The position numbers and the translations under genes are program-made. This document shows positions 12,810-25,375 of a stretch of 64,000 nucleotides of DNA, piece after piece. The DNA comes from Octopus sinensis (Eukaryota), in NCBI RefSeq assembly GCF_006345805.1, contig NC_043002.1, positions 111,104,001 to 111,168,000 on the forward strand, in the 5' to 3' direction. The notes under the pieces are model-generated. The model was given only the letters and a program-made list of their open reading frames with translations, was not told where the DNA came from and searched no databases. Position 1 is the stretch's first letter; every line of letters begins with the position of its first letter.

Positions 12810-14057
12810 CTGAGTCATCTCATAAATAATGCTCTTTCTTTATACTTTTATTTTTCAAAATTAAGATAAACAAAGTTCTTTTTTAACATCTAAAATATAC
12901 TCTCCTTCATTTTCTACAATGCTCTTCCATTCTATCTGGTAGACCTGCAAGGCCCTTCTTCCAAAATTCACTTGTCTGTGATAAAAAAAATACTCCTCCA
13001 GTACTGTTCAGACCGCGTCTACAGAATTCATACTTTTCTCATCCAAATGATTTTGAAGACTACAGAATAAATGATAATCAGATGGGGCAATGTCTGGCGA
13101 ATATGGTGGGTGGGACATCATTTCCCATTCAAACTGCTCCAGCCTTTGGAATGTCATCTTCACTGTATATGGTCGAACATTGTCCTCATGGAAAAACACT
13201 TTTTGACTTGAAACCAAAGATGGTCATTTTTCTCCTAGTGCAGACTTAAACCACTCAAGCTGCTCACGGCTTTGTTATCGTTTGATTTGGGTTTAAAAGT
13301 TCAAAGTGGACTAAACCTTTCATACCCCACCAAACAGATAACAACACCTTACATGGGTGAAGACTTTCTTTAGCCTGGGGTGCCAGTGTTTCCCCTTTCC
13401 CTACCCACTGTCTTCACCGGTTGATATTTTCATAGGGAACCCATTTTACGTCACCAGTCACTATTCGGTCAAAAAAAGGTTCATTTGTGAGACATGACAG
13501 CAAAGAAGAGCATGCATTCACTCTCTGCACACGATTAGACTCAGAAAGGAGCCCATTGACCCAATTTGCTGACTTTTCTGATGGCATGCAGATGTCGAAT
13601 GGTTGAATGACCAACTCCAAGCTTCTCTGCTAGTTCCTCAATAGTTATGATGGGATTTTGTTCCACCATGGTTTGCAGGATATCCTCATCAAACTCCACA
13701 GATATTCCAGGATGAGGTTCATCTCTTAGGCTGTAGTTTCCAGCTCAGAATTTCTAGAACCACTGTTGACTTATTGTCCAATCCCCATATACTGCATTAA
13801 TATTCCTTGCACTTTCCTTTGCATTGTTGAACTTTATTGAACTCATAAAGCTGTGCTCCTTTGTCACTTCTATTCTTGACTTTGAAAAACATGACTGTTA
13901 AAATTGAACTGCACTCTTCGAAACTTGCACTAAGAATAAGTACAAGGTAAAATTACGACCTGTTTTTATAACAAGTTGATGCAAGTGGTTTATCCTGTGC
14001 CCCTCTGACTTTTAGTTCATGCAATTGAAAAACCGCATTATTTATAGGATGACCCAA
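12810..14057 (-). mobile_element. Full-length mariner (D34D) transposon relic
   Basis: TIRs (c/t)tg(a/g)gtcatc(t/c)cataaataatgc with TA flanks (12808-12809, 14058-14059). Disrupted transposase: DEPHPG..EQNP..EELAEKLG, WV..L..QRV, RIVTGDVKWV, VLLSVWWGMKG, HEDNVRP, HPPYSPDIAPSDYHLF, FWKKG. Confidence 0.93.
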
Positions 14058-14227
14058 TATTTAACCAAAGATTTCTAACTAAACATTAAGATATATGAAG
14101 AACACTTTTGCCTCATACATGCATTTTACACACATACACATGGTGTAGAACAAGGAAAAAGGAAACAAGACAAGTGAAATTCATGATCAAAATTATTGAT
14201 ACTAAGAGTATTATTATTATTATTATT

Positions 14228-14800
14228 GAGTACGACAGGCACCCATGCCAACCCCCTTTGCTTGTGAAGACATGTTGGGGCAAGCGAAATCGAAATCGAA
14301 TTGAACCAGCCAGGATCCCTGGTCTGGTGGTACGTAAAAAGCACTATCCGACTCGTGGCCGTGCACGTAAAATACTCCAATGCGACCGTACGACAGGCAC
14401 CCTTGCCAACCCCCTTTGCTTGTGAAGACATGTTGGGGCAAGCGAAATCGAAATCGAATTGAACCAGCCAGGATCCCTGGTCTGGTGGTACGTAAAAAGC
14501 ACTATCCGACTCGTGGCCGATGCCAGCACCGCCTCGACTGGCTTCCGTGCCGTGGCACATAAAATACACCAATCTGACCGTGGCCGTTGCCAGCCCCGCC
14601 TGGCACCTGTGCAGGTGGCACGTAAAAGCACCCACTACACTCACGGAGTGGTTGCGTTAGGAAGGGCATCCAGCTGTAGAAACATTGCCAAATTAGACTG
14701 AGCCTGGTGCAGCCTTCTGGCTTCCCAGAACCCCGGTCGAACCGTCCAACCCATGCTAGCATGGAGAACGGACGTTAAACGACGATGATGATGATGATGA
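14228..14800 (+). mobile_element. RTE LINE 3' end (family C) with internal ~130-bp tandem duplication
   Basis: cgacaggcaccc...gactcgtggccg occurs at ~14232 and ~14391; (gat)n tail. Confidence 0.9.
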
Positions 14801-15010
14801 AGAGAAATGGAAAGAGTTAATTGTGATGTGTTTTGAGCATTGCTTTCCTTCAGAATAGGATTTTGAGTTGAAAGAGAAGGAAACGATGAAAAATCAAGGG
14901 AAATGCAATCCAGATTGAAAAATTATAAAAATGAGAGTGAGTCAGAAAGTAATGCAGTTTTTGTTTGCATTATTTTTTTCTTTTACCCACCTTCATGTAT
15001 GTATATATAC

Positions 15011-15298
15011 ATATCACCGTGACCGACCAGGTTATCAGCTGTTGTTACACATCGCTGGTCACAATGTGCTTCGCATTGTTTTAGCCTTCAAGTGACGCCA
15101 CCCCGCTGGCTAAGCGAGCAGGCCAACAGAAGAAAGAGTGAGAGAAATTGGCGAAAGAGTACAACAGGGGTCGCCACCACCCCCTGCCGGAGCCTCATGG
15201 GGCTTTAGGTGTTTTCGCTCAATAAACACTCACAACGCCCGGTCTGGGAATCGAAACCGCGAGTCCGCTACCCTAACCACTAGGCCATTGCGCCTCCA
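15011..15298 (-). mobile_element. SINE family H (tRNA-derived)
   Basis: Minus strand: ggaggcgcaatggcctagtggttaggg (A box)...ggtttcgattccc (B box); middle gaggctccggcaggggg shared with family I. Confidence 0.8.
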
Positions 15299-15381
15299 CA
15301 TATATATATATATATATATATATCTATATATATATATATGTATACACACATAAATAACTTTCTTTTAATAATATTCATATT

Positions 15382-15600
15382 AAAGGTTGTGAGCTGGCAG
15401 AATTAACACACTTGGTAAAATGCTTAGTGACATTTTATCTGTCTGAGTTCAAATGCAGCCGAATTCAGCTTTGCCTTTCATCCTTTCATGGTCAATAAAA
15501 TAAGTACCAATTTCTTTATTACCCACAAGGGGCTAAACATAGAGGGGAGTCAATAAAATAAGTACCAGTTGAGCAGTGGGTTAAGTGACTTTGACTTAAT
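15382..15600 (+). mobile_element. Diverged SINE B copy carrying an antisense B-tail insertion
   Basis: aaggttgtgagctggcagaa...gagttcaaatgc...ttgcctttcatccttt; insert 15510-15548 between 19-bp direct repeats. Confidence 0.75.
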
Positions 15601-17731
15601 TATAACTGCTTTTACCATGTGTAATGATGGTGATGATGAATATCACACCAGTTTCAATAATGAATGTTCCAATTGTTTAATTAGTGGAACTACTTCTTCA
15701 TTGAATTATAGAATAATTCCAAGATATGCTCAATTTGACAACCTATTTTACAAGGCACTCCTTGTGTAGTCCTCAATATAGTCTATTTGATGAGCTTTCA
15801 CACACTTTCCATTTAACCAGTTTTATTTCAGATTCTGTGCAGTAGGATAGGATCTTTAACCTCATGATTCCAATGCAAACTTTTTATGCAGTTGGGTACG
15901 CCTGTGCACAGTGTGCATATAAATATTAGAGCACATATTAATTTTTTTTTTTACATATTCTTAGTAATGCAGACTACTTTAACCGTTTTGACAAAGTTAT
16001 ATAATGTTAAATATGTTGATTTTTCAGTATTGGGAAGTGTATTACCTTTTTATAGTTACTTCTTACATTATCATTAATTATTGATTGATTTCATTAGCAT
16101 CATATTACTACTATGCTTGGCTTCTACTATTACAACCAACTTAGTAATGATTATACTGTCACGTTTTATACAATACAAAAGCTACAAAAGAGACTCTGTA
16201 TGTGTTTGCTGTATATGTATGCACTAAGATACACAATTATGAGAACAGATATAGAAATATATCCCAATTGAGGAAATAAGGGAGTACAATGGCAATAATG
16301 TTATTTTGTATTCCATTTTGAAAGCTATTGTCTTGGACATAAAAATATGAAAATGATTTGGTGTACCTTTTGATAAAACTTTTGCAATGGTTTTTACTGC
16401 ATGGTAATATTAATCTATTCTCCAGCTGCCTTGAGACACTTGTATTGATCTATAAAACTATGATCCATGATCCAAAACTACATGTTTGAAAATGAACGTT
16501 TTAACCAGATAGCCTGCAACCCATAACGTATCTACTCTGCCATCATGTTAGGTTGAAATAAACAAGGAATATATTATTACTATATGAGCACAGAAAAATA
16601 ATGATTTTGACTCACATGACTGGATCAAATTTTGACTGTCTGAAAAGAAATGTTAGAAAGAAAAGATCAATACTTAGTATTAATTGATTGGGTTTTTTTA
16701 TGCTTGGAAGAAGAAAAAAAAGAAAAACAACCCAGAAAATATGTAGGTTTGTCATTATGAAAAGGTTAAGATTTCTTTTGTTTTAATTCAGATCATCCTT
16801 CTAGTTATATAAGTTTGCTTCTTATGTATCGAGGTGTTTCAGATTACATTGTATTTAACTAGAGCTTCGACAGTTTGCTTACAGCACCTGCTTAACTAAG
16901 CTGTTTTCTAAACAGTTGTGTTTTCCTAACTTAAGAAATATACAATGTTGTACATTAGTGTTTTTTCCATCAATATTTTGGCAAATGTGGTGAAGGCTAT
17001 ACTTCACTGATATAATACCAAAACATGTACTAAGATGTCTTCAGTACTTGCAAGGTTAGGAAAATTGAAATATTAGTCATTGACTAATATTGCTTTTTTG
17101 TTTTCTTCTCTGCATAAATATTTCTAATTATTTCTGGGTATTAAATATTTTTATACTAACTTATCAAGCATTAAAATAAAATTGAATACAGATGATTCTT
17201 TTTAATTTGAACTGTTGAACAAAAATAGGCATTTCATTTTGCCAACTCTTGAAAAGATAAGCTTAATTTTATTTTCTCATCCTGTCATTAAATTGAGCAT
17301 TACTGAATAGTGTTTGGAAGTTTTTAATCCTCACTTTCATTTGCTATTTGTTATATAAAACAGTTTAAAGAAAGAGGACAATTGTGTAGACAAGTTGCCT
17401 TTTAGGTGTGTCAACTTCTTTTACAACAATAACTAATAAAATGGTAGGAGGTGAAGATGAGGAAAATTTTGTGACTGTTTGGAAACTGCAACTATTGTTC
17501 ATCCTACAAGAAATTAAATATATTTTATTTACAGTCTCAGACCTTGTTGATGAAGTGTCGCTTAGTTTTATGAATAAAATAATGCAAGTAACTTTAACTG
17601 ATAATTTTAAAAAGTTATATTAGTATTAATTAATAATAGTTTCTTTTTTTAATTTGAAAAACATTCCTCTCAGAGAAATAGTTAAAGCAATAACTTCGCT
17701 ATAATCTTTGTTTGGCTACTACTACTACTAC

Positions 17732-17795
17732 TTTTTTTTTTTTTTTAGTTTCAGCTCACAAGCTGTGGCCATGCTGGGGCACCACCATTTATTAT
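17732..17795 (-). mobile_element. Retroelement 3' tail (family G) with poly(A), fused behind the U6 fragment
   Basis: Minus strand (t)aataaatggtggtgccccagcatggccacagcttgtgagctgaaact + A15, then (gta)n; same tail at 25452-25497. Confidence 0.75.
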
Positions 17796-17836
17796 AAAAT
17801 ATGGAACGCTTCACGAATTTGCGTGTCATCCTTGTG
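17796..17836 (-). pseudogene. U6: U6 snRNA 3' fragment (41 nt) retrocopy
   Basis: Minus strand cacaaggatgacacgcaaattcgtgaagcgttccatatttt versus canonical U6 3' end CGCAAGGATGACACGCAAATTCGTGAAGCGTTCCATATTTT: 40/41 identical. Confidence 0.93.
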
Positions 17837-18420
17837 TTTTTTCCCATACCATTTTATCTTATAAATGTACTCTTCAACAGCCTTCATATACTTTTTGATC
17901 ATTTTCAAAGTTGCGTTATAAAGATTGAGTTTTCTTTCAAAGACTAAAGAATAGTTAACACTGCAAGCTCATTTATTCCTGCTATTTTGAATCATTTGTT
18001 TTGAGAACACGTGCATGCACACATTCTCCCGATAGCCTGTTTTGAATTGTTCCTAAGCTGTCTGTCCACTTAGCTGACCAGCCATCTCTTATACTTTAAC
18101 CATTTACCTCCTGGTATGAGATGTCTTCTCTCTTTTGTTGCAACTACAATAATTTTGCTCTCCATCTTGGACCAGTCAATATAAGCACCATATTTCAAAT
18201 GTTTTATTGGCATAGTTTGTTATACTGAAGATGCTTGGAGCTTTCTAGTTGTCTTCTTAAGCGTTATGAAAATGAACAAGATTGCCAGGAGGTTATTCCT
18301 GTAGTACCTTTCTGTGTAAGAAACAACGATAGCTTTTATTTTATTGTAGTTATTAAAAAAAGTTATGTAGCATATATAACTGGCATAAGCTGTCTCACCA
18401 ATAGAAACAAGATTTCTGTA

Positions 18421-18680
18421 ATCATCATCATCGTTTAACGTCCGTTCTCCATGCTAGCATTGGTTGGACGGTTCGACCGGGGATCTGGGAAGCCAGAAGG
18501 CTGAACCAGGCTCCAATCTTATCTGGCAATGTTTCTACAGCTGGATGCCCTTCCTAACGCCAACCACTCCGTGAGTGTAGTGGGTGCTTTTTACGTGCCA
18601 CCTGCACAGGTGCCAGGCGAGGCTGGCAACGGCCACGGTCGGATTGGTGCATTTTACGTGCCACCGGCACGGAAGCCAGT
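18421..18680 (-). mobile_element. RTE LINE 3' end (family C)
   Basis: (atc)n gtttaacgtccgttctccatgctagc...ggatgcccttcctaacgccaacc. Confidence 0.9.
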
Positions 18681-19096
18681 ATTCTTCATATTAAATGGCT
18701 CTGGCAACTTCTCTAAATATTTTCACATTTTAATGAAATAATGCAAAAAATTGATGAAATTTAATTTTTATATTAAAATAAAAATTTTCTTTCCAATTAC
18801 TAGAACAAGTTATTCATGCCCATAGCCTGAAGCAGTTTATTCAAAAGTTCAAAGATCCAATTCACTGCAGATGATACTTGCCAAAAATATCAAATTATAA
18901 AGTGTTTGTAGATTTATTTGAATTAATTAAAATCTTGTAAAGTATTGCTTCATCATTGAAAACTCATTTTTGTATAGTGATATAGTCTTGTCAGTCTAGC
19001 AGACTCTTCTTCAAACTATTCTATTCTTCTTCTTACCTCTAAGTTAATCCTGATCAAGCAAACCAGTCAGAGGCCAAAAGAATTCCATTCATAAGT

Positions 19097-19493
19097 CTCT
19101 TTTACTCTTTTACTTGTTTCAGTCATTTGACTGTGGCCATGCTGGAGCACCGCCTTTTAGTCGAGCAAATCGACCCCGGGACTTATTCTTTGTAAGCCCA
19201 GTACTTATTCTAGCGGTCTCTTTTGCCGAACCGCTAAGTGACGGGGACGTAAACACACCAGCATCGGTTGTCAAGCAATGCTAGGGGGACAAACACAGGC
19301 ACACAAACACACACACACACACATATATATATATACGACAGGCTTCTTTCAGTTTCCGTCTACCAAATCCACTTACAAGGCATTGGTCGGCCCGGGGCTA
19401 TAGCAGAAGACACTTGCCCAAGATGCCATGCAGTGGGACTGAACCCGAAACCATGTGGTTGGTTAGCAAGCTACTTACCACACAGCCACTCCT
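19097..19493 (-). mobile_element. SINE family A
   Basis: Reverse complement of consensus. Confidence 0.92.
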
Positions 19494-20492
19494 TTTTTTT
19501 CTTTTTTTTTTTTCCCAGGGCTATCAAGGAATATAGTTTCTAATGTGTCTTCTTTTTAAAGATGTCTGAGTGTTGCTATGTGTAGCAGAGGCTTCCTTGT
19601 TAGCTTGCTCTTATTCTGTATTGAATTTATAAGCATGAAGACTGGTTATGGGAGATGAAGTATGGGAAATTTTGATAAACTTGCCTTTAGAAACATATGT
19701 CAAGTGAAATGGTTATAAGTAAGAATCAAAATATATTCTATGAACACAGCTTATCAACTATGGGGCTCATCACTTTGCTAATTACACACGGTTTAATATT
19801 CCAAATGTTATTTAGTCTATTTAAATTAATATCAAATCTATTTAATTTCTGCAAGTTTGGTCAATAATAATGGTGAAAATTATCATTGTGATTATTATCA
19901 TCACTTAGAAGTATAAAGTTAATGCTTGAATGGATACAATAGAGGATTGCTTTTCTGTTTCTTTTTTTCTTTTTTATTTCTTTCTAAAGTCACATTCAAA
20001 AACTGTTTCATATAATGGTACAAGGGCTGACTTTTAAAGATCTCTGCAACTAATGGAGTGAAATATCATTAATCTATTATTGTCATATATTTTCTTTGGT
20101 TCTTAAAACATTTTCTTGCTCTGACATAAATGTAAAATCAACACACAAAAAAAAATGTTATTGATGAAAGGGTTTTGTGGTGAGTCATCCCCTGAAGTAG
20201 ATTATTGGTTCTATTCAATATTATTGTGTTAATAAATATTCATATTACTAAATGTAATTCACTCACACTTTTTACTCTCACTCTAAAAATACAATATAAA
20301 TATTTTCAAATCAGCAATATTATTTTTTTCTTTGTTGTTGATATTTCATGCGTAGTGTTGTTTATTTCATATGTAGTAAGTTTATATACACACATACACA
20401 TGTATGTATTATACTGTTATTCACACACACATACACACATCTGTGTATTATACTGTGTTTCACCCACCTTTTCTAATTTATTTCAACCTATC

Positions 20493-20658
20493 AGGCGCAG
20501 GAGTGGCTGTGTGGTAAGTAGCTTGTCTACCAGCCACAAGGCTCCGGGTTCAGTCCCACTGCGTGGCATCTTGGGCAAGTGTCTTCTGCTATAGCCCCAG
20601 GCCGACCAATGCCTTGTGAGTGGATTTGGTAGACGGAAACTGAAAGCAGCCTGTCGTA

Positions 20659-20713
<55 letters not shown>

Positions 20714-20921
20714 CTGTGTTTGTCCCCCTAGCATTGCTTGACATCCGATGCTGGTGTGTTTACGTCCCCGTCACTTAGTGGTTCAGCAAAAAGAGACCAA
20801 TCGAATAAGTACTGGGCTTACAAAGAATAAGTCCCGGGGTCGATTTGTTCGACTAAAGGCAGTGCTCCAGCATGGCCGCAGTCAAATGACTGAAACAAGT
20901 AAAAGAGAGAGTAAAGAGAGT
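20493..20921 (+). mobile_element. SINE family A
   Basis: Full match; long internal (TA)n. Confidence 0.92.
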
Positions 20922-21237
20922 ATCACTTTCTCCATGACCGATTCCTATTTTCCTTACATTCCTCTAAACTGAAACTCAGTCCTGCCCACACTTCCATCCA
21001 TGTTCACCAATCACTGCTTTCACCTTACTCCTCATCTCTACTATCTGTCACTCTCCTTTCACACTCTCATGAAGGTACCCACCCACCCATCCTCGATTCT
21101 CTGTCTTCTTGTACCTTGTGGCACACTCTGATAGCACATCTCTGCCAGTCTTTCATTCCTGCTGGAGCAGCCATCTTGTCTCCTCTGCAGCAAGACACCT
21201 GTTGTTCTGTACTTTAGCCTCTCAACACCTAGTACAT

Positions 21238-21362
21238 ACTTAAGGGTACACGTGTCTGTGGAGTGCTCAGCCACTTGCACGTTGATTTCACGAGCAGGCT
21301 GTTCCGTTGATCGGATCAAATGGAACCCTCGTCGTTGTAACCGACGGAGTGGCAACAACAAC
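21238..21362 (+). mobile_element. Family I retroposon 3' part
   Basis: ttaagggtacacgtgtctgtggagtgctcagccac...ggaaccctcgtcg..taaccgacggagtg(caa)n; matches 52310-52593. Confidence 0.8.
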
Positions 21363-21466
21363 ATATGTATGTATAACAAGTGAAGAATGGTGTTGTTACC
21401 ATTACATTTATTCTGCAGTTTACAACTGTATGGTATGGGGGACAAATTATAAATGCAAATTATAAA

Positions 21467-21627
21467 TGGCTGAGCACTCCACAGATACATGTACCCTTAA
21501 CGTAGTTCTCAAGGATATTCAGCATGATACAGAGTGTGACAAGGCTGGCCCTTTGAATTACAGGTACAGCAGAAACAGAAAGAAAGAGTGAGAGAAAGTT
21601 GTGGTGAAAGAGTGCAGCAGGGTTCGC
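21467..21627 (-). mobile_element. Family I retroposon internal part (inverted relative to 21238-21362)
   Basis: tggctgagcactccacagatacatgtacccttaacg...gagtgagagaaagttgtggtgaaagagtgcagcaggg. Confidence 0.8.
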
Positions 21628-21693
21628 TTGCCTGCTCCTGTCAAACTGTCTAACCCATGCCAGCATGGAAAATGGACATTAAATGATGATGAC
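21628..21693 (+). mobile_element. RTE (family C) extreme 3' tail
   Basis: cctgtcaaactgtctaacccatgccagcatggaaaatggacattaaatgatgatga. Confidence 0.75.
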
Positions 21694-22355
21694 TTTCATG
21701 GCTGGTTTTAAAAAAAATTTTCTCAATTATTTATTAATTATTTTTGTTTGTTGAAGGTAGCCAATTCTATATCTAAATCATCCAGAACATGTGTAACATC
21801 TGAAGGTTTTTTATTTATTTTCTTTTAAATGTTAAAAGATGTAGTATTTCGGTAATATTTATATATGCTATGTTCAAACTTTGACTGCGTCTATCATCTT
21901 GAATTTAGTATTTAACACCAGGTTAGCTCTAATCACGTAGACCTGTGATTGGAGGCAATCCAGCTGTAATTTTGTATTTTCATGCATAGTGTATCTAGGA
22001 TTAACATTATCTAATACTTTTTTTTTTATTAAATAGTAGGAAATTTTGCTGTTATTTCTAACAGCTGAGTGATTACATAAATACTTTATTATTGACTTAC
22101 ATTTCTAAGCAAGGTATTCTATTCATCTTGTCTTAATGTTATATGAGTATTGAGTTACTTTTCTGAGAAGGCTCACTTGGGTATTATTTTCCAATTGTTT
22201 TTGAAGCTTGCTTCATATTCTCTGGTATTGTAGTTTTGATGTTGATAGGAATTACTAAGATCATTTAGGTGTTTGTGAAAATTTAATATTGTTTCTTTTT
22301 GTTGTTATTCTTCTGGATATATATATAAGAGAGTAACCACTATGTGGTCGACTCT

Positions 22356-22402
22356 AGCACTAAAAATAGATCCGCTACGGTAGCGGATCTATTTTTAGTG
22401 CT
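22356..22402. repeat. Perfect 23-bp-arm palindrome, 1-nt loop
   Basis: agcactaaaaatagatccgctac-g-gtagcggatctatttttagtgct. Confidence 0.95.
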
Positions 22403-22471
22403 TAAGAGCACTTGGTGTTAAATTGATAGTACTATTAAATTAGTATCCAATTTTCTCACCCTTATTAATTG

Positions 22472-22506
<35 letters not shown>

Positions 22507-23428
22507 CACCCTCCTTTTAACATCAGTCATATTCATTTTCTTATGGCATTTCATTTTTTTTTTTACTTGCTATTAATTACATACTGTCAATTGATCGATA
22601 TCAATTTCTTTTCAGTCTACATGACCCATAGGTCATCAATGTTCATCAGTAAAAACTCATTTTGTACAATGAAAATCACCTTTCTAAAAAAAAGTGTGTG
22701 TATGTGAATACAAGAAGTATTTTGGTTTTTGGTATTAAATTCTGTTCTATATAATAATGATAATAATGGTAGGTTTTGTTTCTTTTCTCATTCTGCGAAT
22801 GTAATTCACTAAACTGAATTAAAACACTTTTAATATAAGTTTTGAAATCAATCCATTAGTTAAATACTGCTTTTATGATACACTGTCTTGTGAAATGTGA
22901 ACAAATGAAAAAAAGAGCTGGGCTGCTTATTCTATTAATTTTCCTTGGCGGCGGCGGCGGTGGTGGTACAATTTTAAGTCATTCCTTCATCGTTTAACCT
23001 ACTTCCCACTTCGTGTCCTGACCTCAAATAAAAAAAAGAACTGATCTTCATGGTTCTTAGTACCAAGAATAAACATAAATTGAAGTAGAATATTAATTAA
23101 AATCATGTGAATTAGACTCAACTTAGTCATAAGGTCTCTTGGAATAATACTCAAATAGTAACATGTATTGCATGCACATCATTTAACATTCAAAACTAGT
23201 TGTCTTATGTAATATTTCCACTCTGTTTTCTCTCCTTGACTTTTTATGGCAACATGCAAACAGCCTTATATTTATAAAGACACTTGGGAAAGACATTTGA
23301 TATATTAACATGTAGTGTAGTCTAGTAAACAGTGGGGAAAGCCCAGTGTGGATTGTGTTTGAGAGGAATAGAAATAGTCAAGATCAGCACATTTAGTAAA
23401 ATATATAAGATTCATTTAAATATTTAGT

Positions 23429-23653
23429 TACTCTTTACTCTTTTTACTCTTTTACTTGTTTCAGTCATTTGACTGCGGCCATGCTGGAGCACCACCTTTA
23501 ATCGAGCAACTCGACCCCGGGACTTATTCTTTTGTAAGCCCAGTACTTATTCTGTCGGTCTCTTTTGCCGAACTGCTAAGTGACGGGGACATAAACACAC
23601 CAGCATCGGTTGTCAAGGGGGACAAACACAGATACACAAACACACACATGCAT

Positions 23654-23698
<45 letters not shown>

Positions 23699-23865
23699 TA
23701 CGACAGGCTTCTTTTCAGTTTCCGTCTACCAAATCCACTCACAAGGCTTTGGTCGGCCCGAGGCTATAGTAGAAGACACTTGCCCAAGGTGCCACGCAGT
23801 GGGACTGAACCCGGAACCATGTGGCTGGTAAACAAGCTACTTACCACACAGCCACCCCTGCGCCT
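23429..23865 (-). mobile_element. SINE family A
   Basis: Reverse complement of consensus. Confidence 0.92.
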
Positions 23866-24302
23866 ATATAGGTGTTAAAGATGCTGATAGCCTGGTTGCT
23901 ATTACCTTATCTTTAGTGACACCACTGAAAACAACTTCAAAGGAAGAATAGACCTTCCACTACTCATAAATATCAGAGATTTGACTTTGTTCATTACATA
24001 AAGAAGAGAAGTTGCAACTCAACCATTCAGTTAATGCAACAATTGTACAAGAAGTGTAATTAGGTCTCTGATAGATGATGTGACTAATTGTGTAAACAAG
24101 CCGAGTGTATTGTTTATGGGTTTGCTCTATTGGTTTAGTAGAATGAATGAAATGTTTCTTTTTTCCCTCTGTTGCTAATCTATAAAAGTTGGAGTAAATT
24201 GTAGCATAACTAGTACAAAATGGTCTGCAGAAGTTGTTTTCTGTTTCATTATTAAAGGGAAGTGATGACATTTGGCTTGACAACAACATTATTGATGTAT
24301 AA

Positions 24303-24687
24303 TCTTTATATATAAAAGAGAGGTTGTGTGTCTGTCTCCTACGATTTAGATTCCTAACTACTCCCACATTTTGCGGTGCAGTTTAACCAAAACCGGGTAT
24401 CTTATAGTCGTGATTCATATCGAGCCCTTCTGGATATTAGCGCGCGTCTACGATTTAAAAAAAAATTTACCATCATTTTTTCCCATTTTAATGCATTTTT
24501 TCGCTATTATATAAGGGAAGTAACTCTCTAAAAATGTCTGCGATGAGTCAACAATTTAAAAAAAAATTTACCATAATTTTTTTTCCATTTTTAATGCATT
24601 TTTTTGCTATTTTTTCGCTATAACTCTCTAAAAATGCTTATATAGTTATTTCCCTTACAAACCCGAGCAACACCGGGCGATACTGCT
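24303..24687 (+). mobile_element. Non-autonomous Helitron, family D, with internal duplication
   Basis: A|TCtttatatataaaagagagg 5' end; the atttaaaaaaaaatttacc...aactctctaaaaatg block occurs twice; 3' hairpin cccgagcaacaccggg, CTAG lost. Confidence 0.85.
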
Positions 24688-25007
24688 GCTGTTCATTTGC
24701 TGGGTATTGCAGACTTAAGCTTTGGACTGAATGCAGCTGGTACATTTGAAATATGGTTGTATGTTGGGTAGTGGCCAAAGATTATTGTACTTGTGTAGAA
24801 GGAAGAAAAGAAATGATACAGTGTTCTGTTTTAAACCACTTTCTGATCATAACAGCATCACAGATTTTGTGTGAAGTATTTATAAATACAGGTCTGTGTT
24901 AATTGTTAGCTTGATGACCCAAAATGAAAATAATCTGGCTAATTGGTATACATAAAGATTGATAATTGCCACCTTCACTGAATTATCCTCACATTTAGGC
25001 TAGCTGT

Positions 25008-25011
<4 letters not shown>

Positions 25012-25041
<30 letters not shown>

Positions 25042-25048
25042 CACACAC
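25012..25048. repeat. (CA)n microsatellite
   Basis: Direct reading. Confidence 0.95.
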
Positions 25049-25184
25049 TCATGGTGAGGTGTAAAACTTTATACTGCTGACATATTATCTATGATTATAG
25101 ACCACTTAAAAGTATATTAAGATATACTGACACTTGATGTTTTGTTTTTTTTCCTAGCTCTTTATTTCTGTGTTAGAGGGTCTT

Positions 25185-25375
25185 GTCTTGTGAGCCACTT
25201 GGCAACATCACTAGCATCTGTGACATGAAAAAGTACCCATTACACTCTGTAAAGTGGTCAGTGTTATGAAGGGCATCTCGTCATACAAACCATAGCAAAA
25301 CAGACATTGGAACTTGATGTAATCCTTTGACCTGCCAGATCCTGTCGAACAACCAACCCACTCCGGCATGGAATA
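25185..25375 (+). mobile_element. Decayed RTE (family C) 3' end
   Basis: acatgaaaaagtacccattacactctgtaaagtgg..ttatgaagggcatc..cctgtcgaacaaccaacccactccggcatggaa. Confidence 0.6.

Noticed and set aside
20925-21235. Possible LINE C-terminal relic on the minus strand (part of ORF 21059-21490)
   Set aside because: No diagnostic motif I can name; the ORF is mostly family I repeat read-through.
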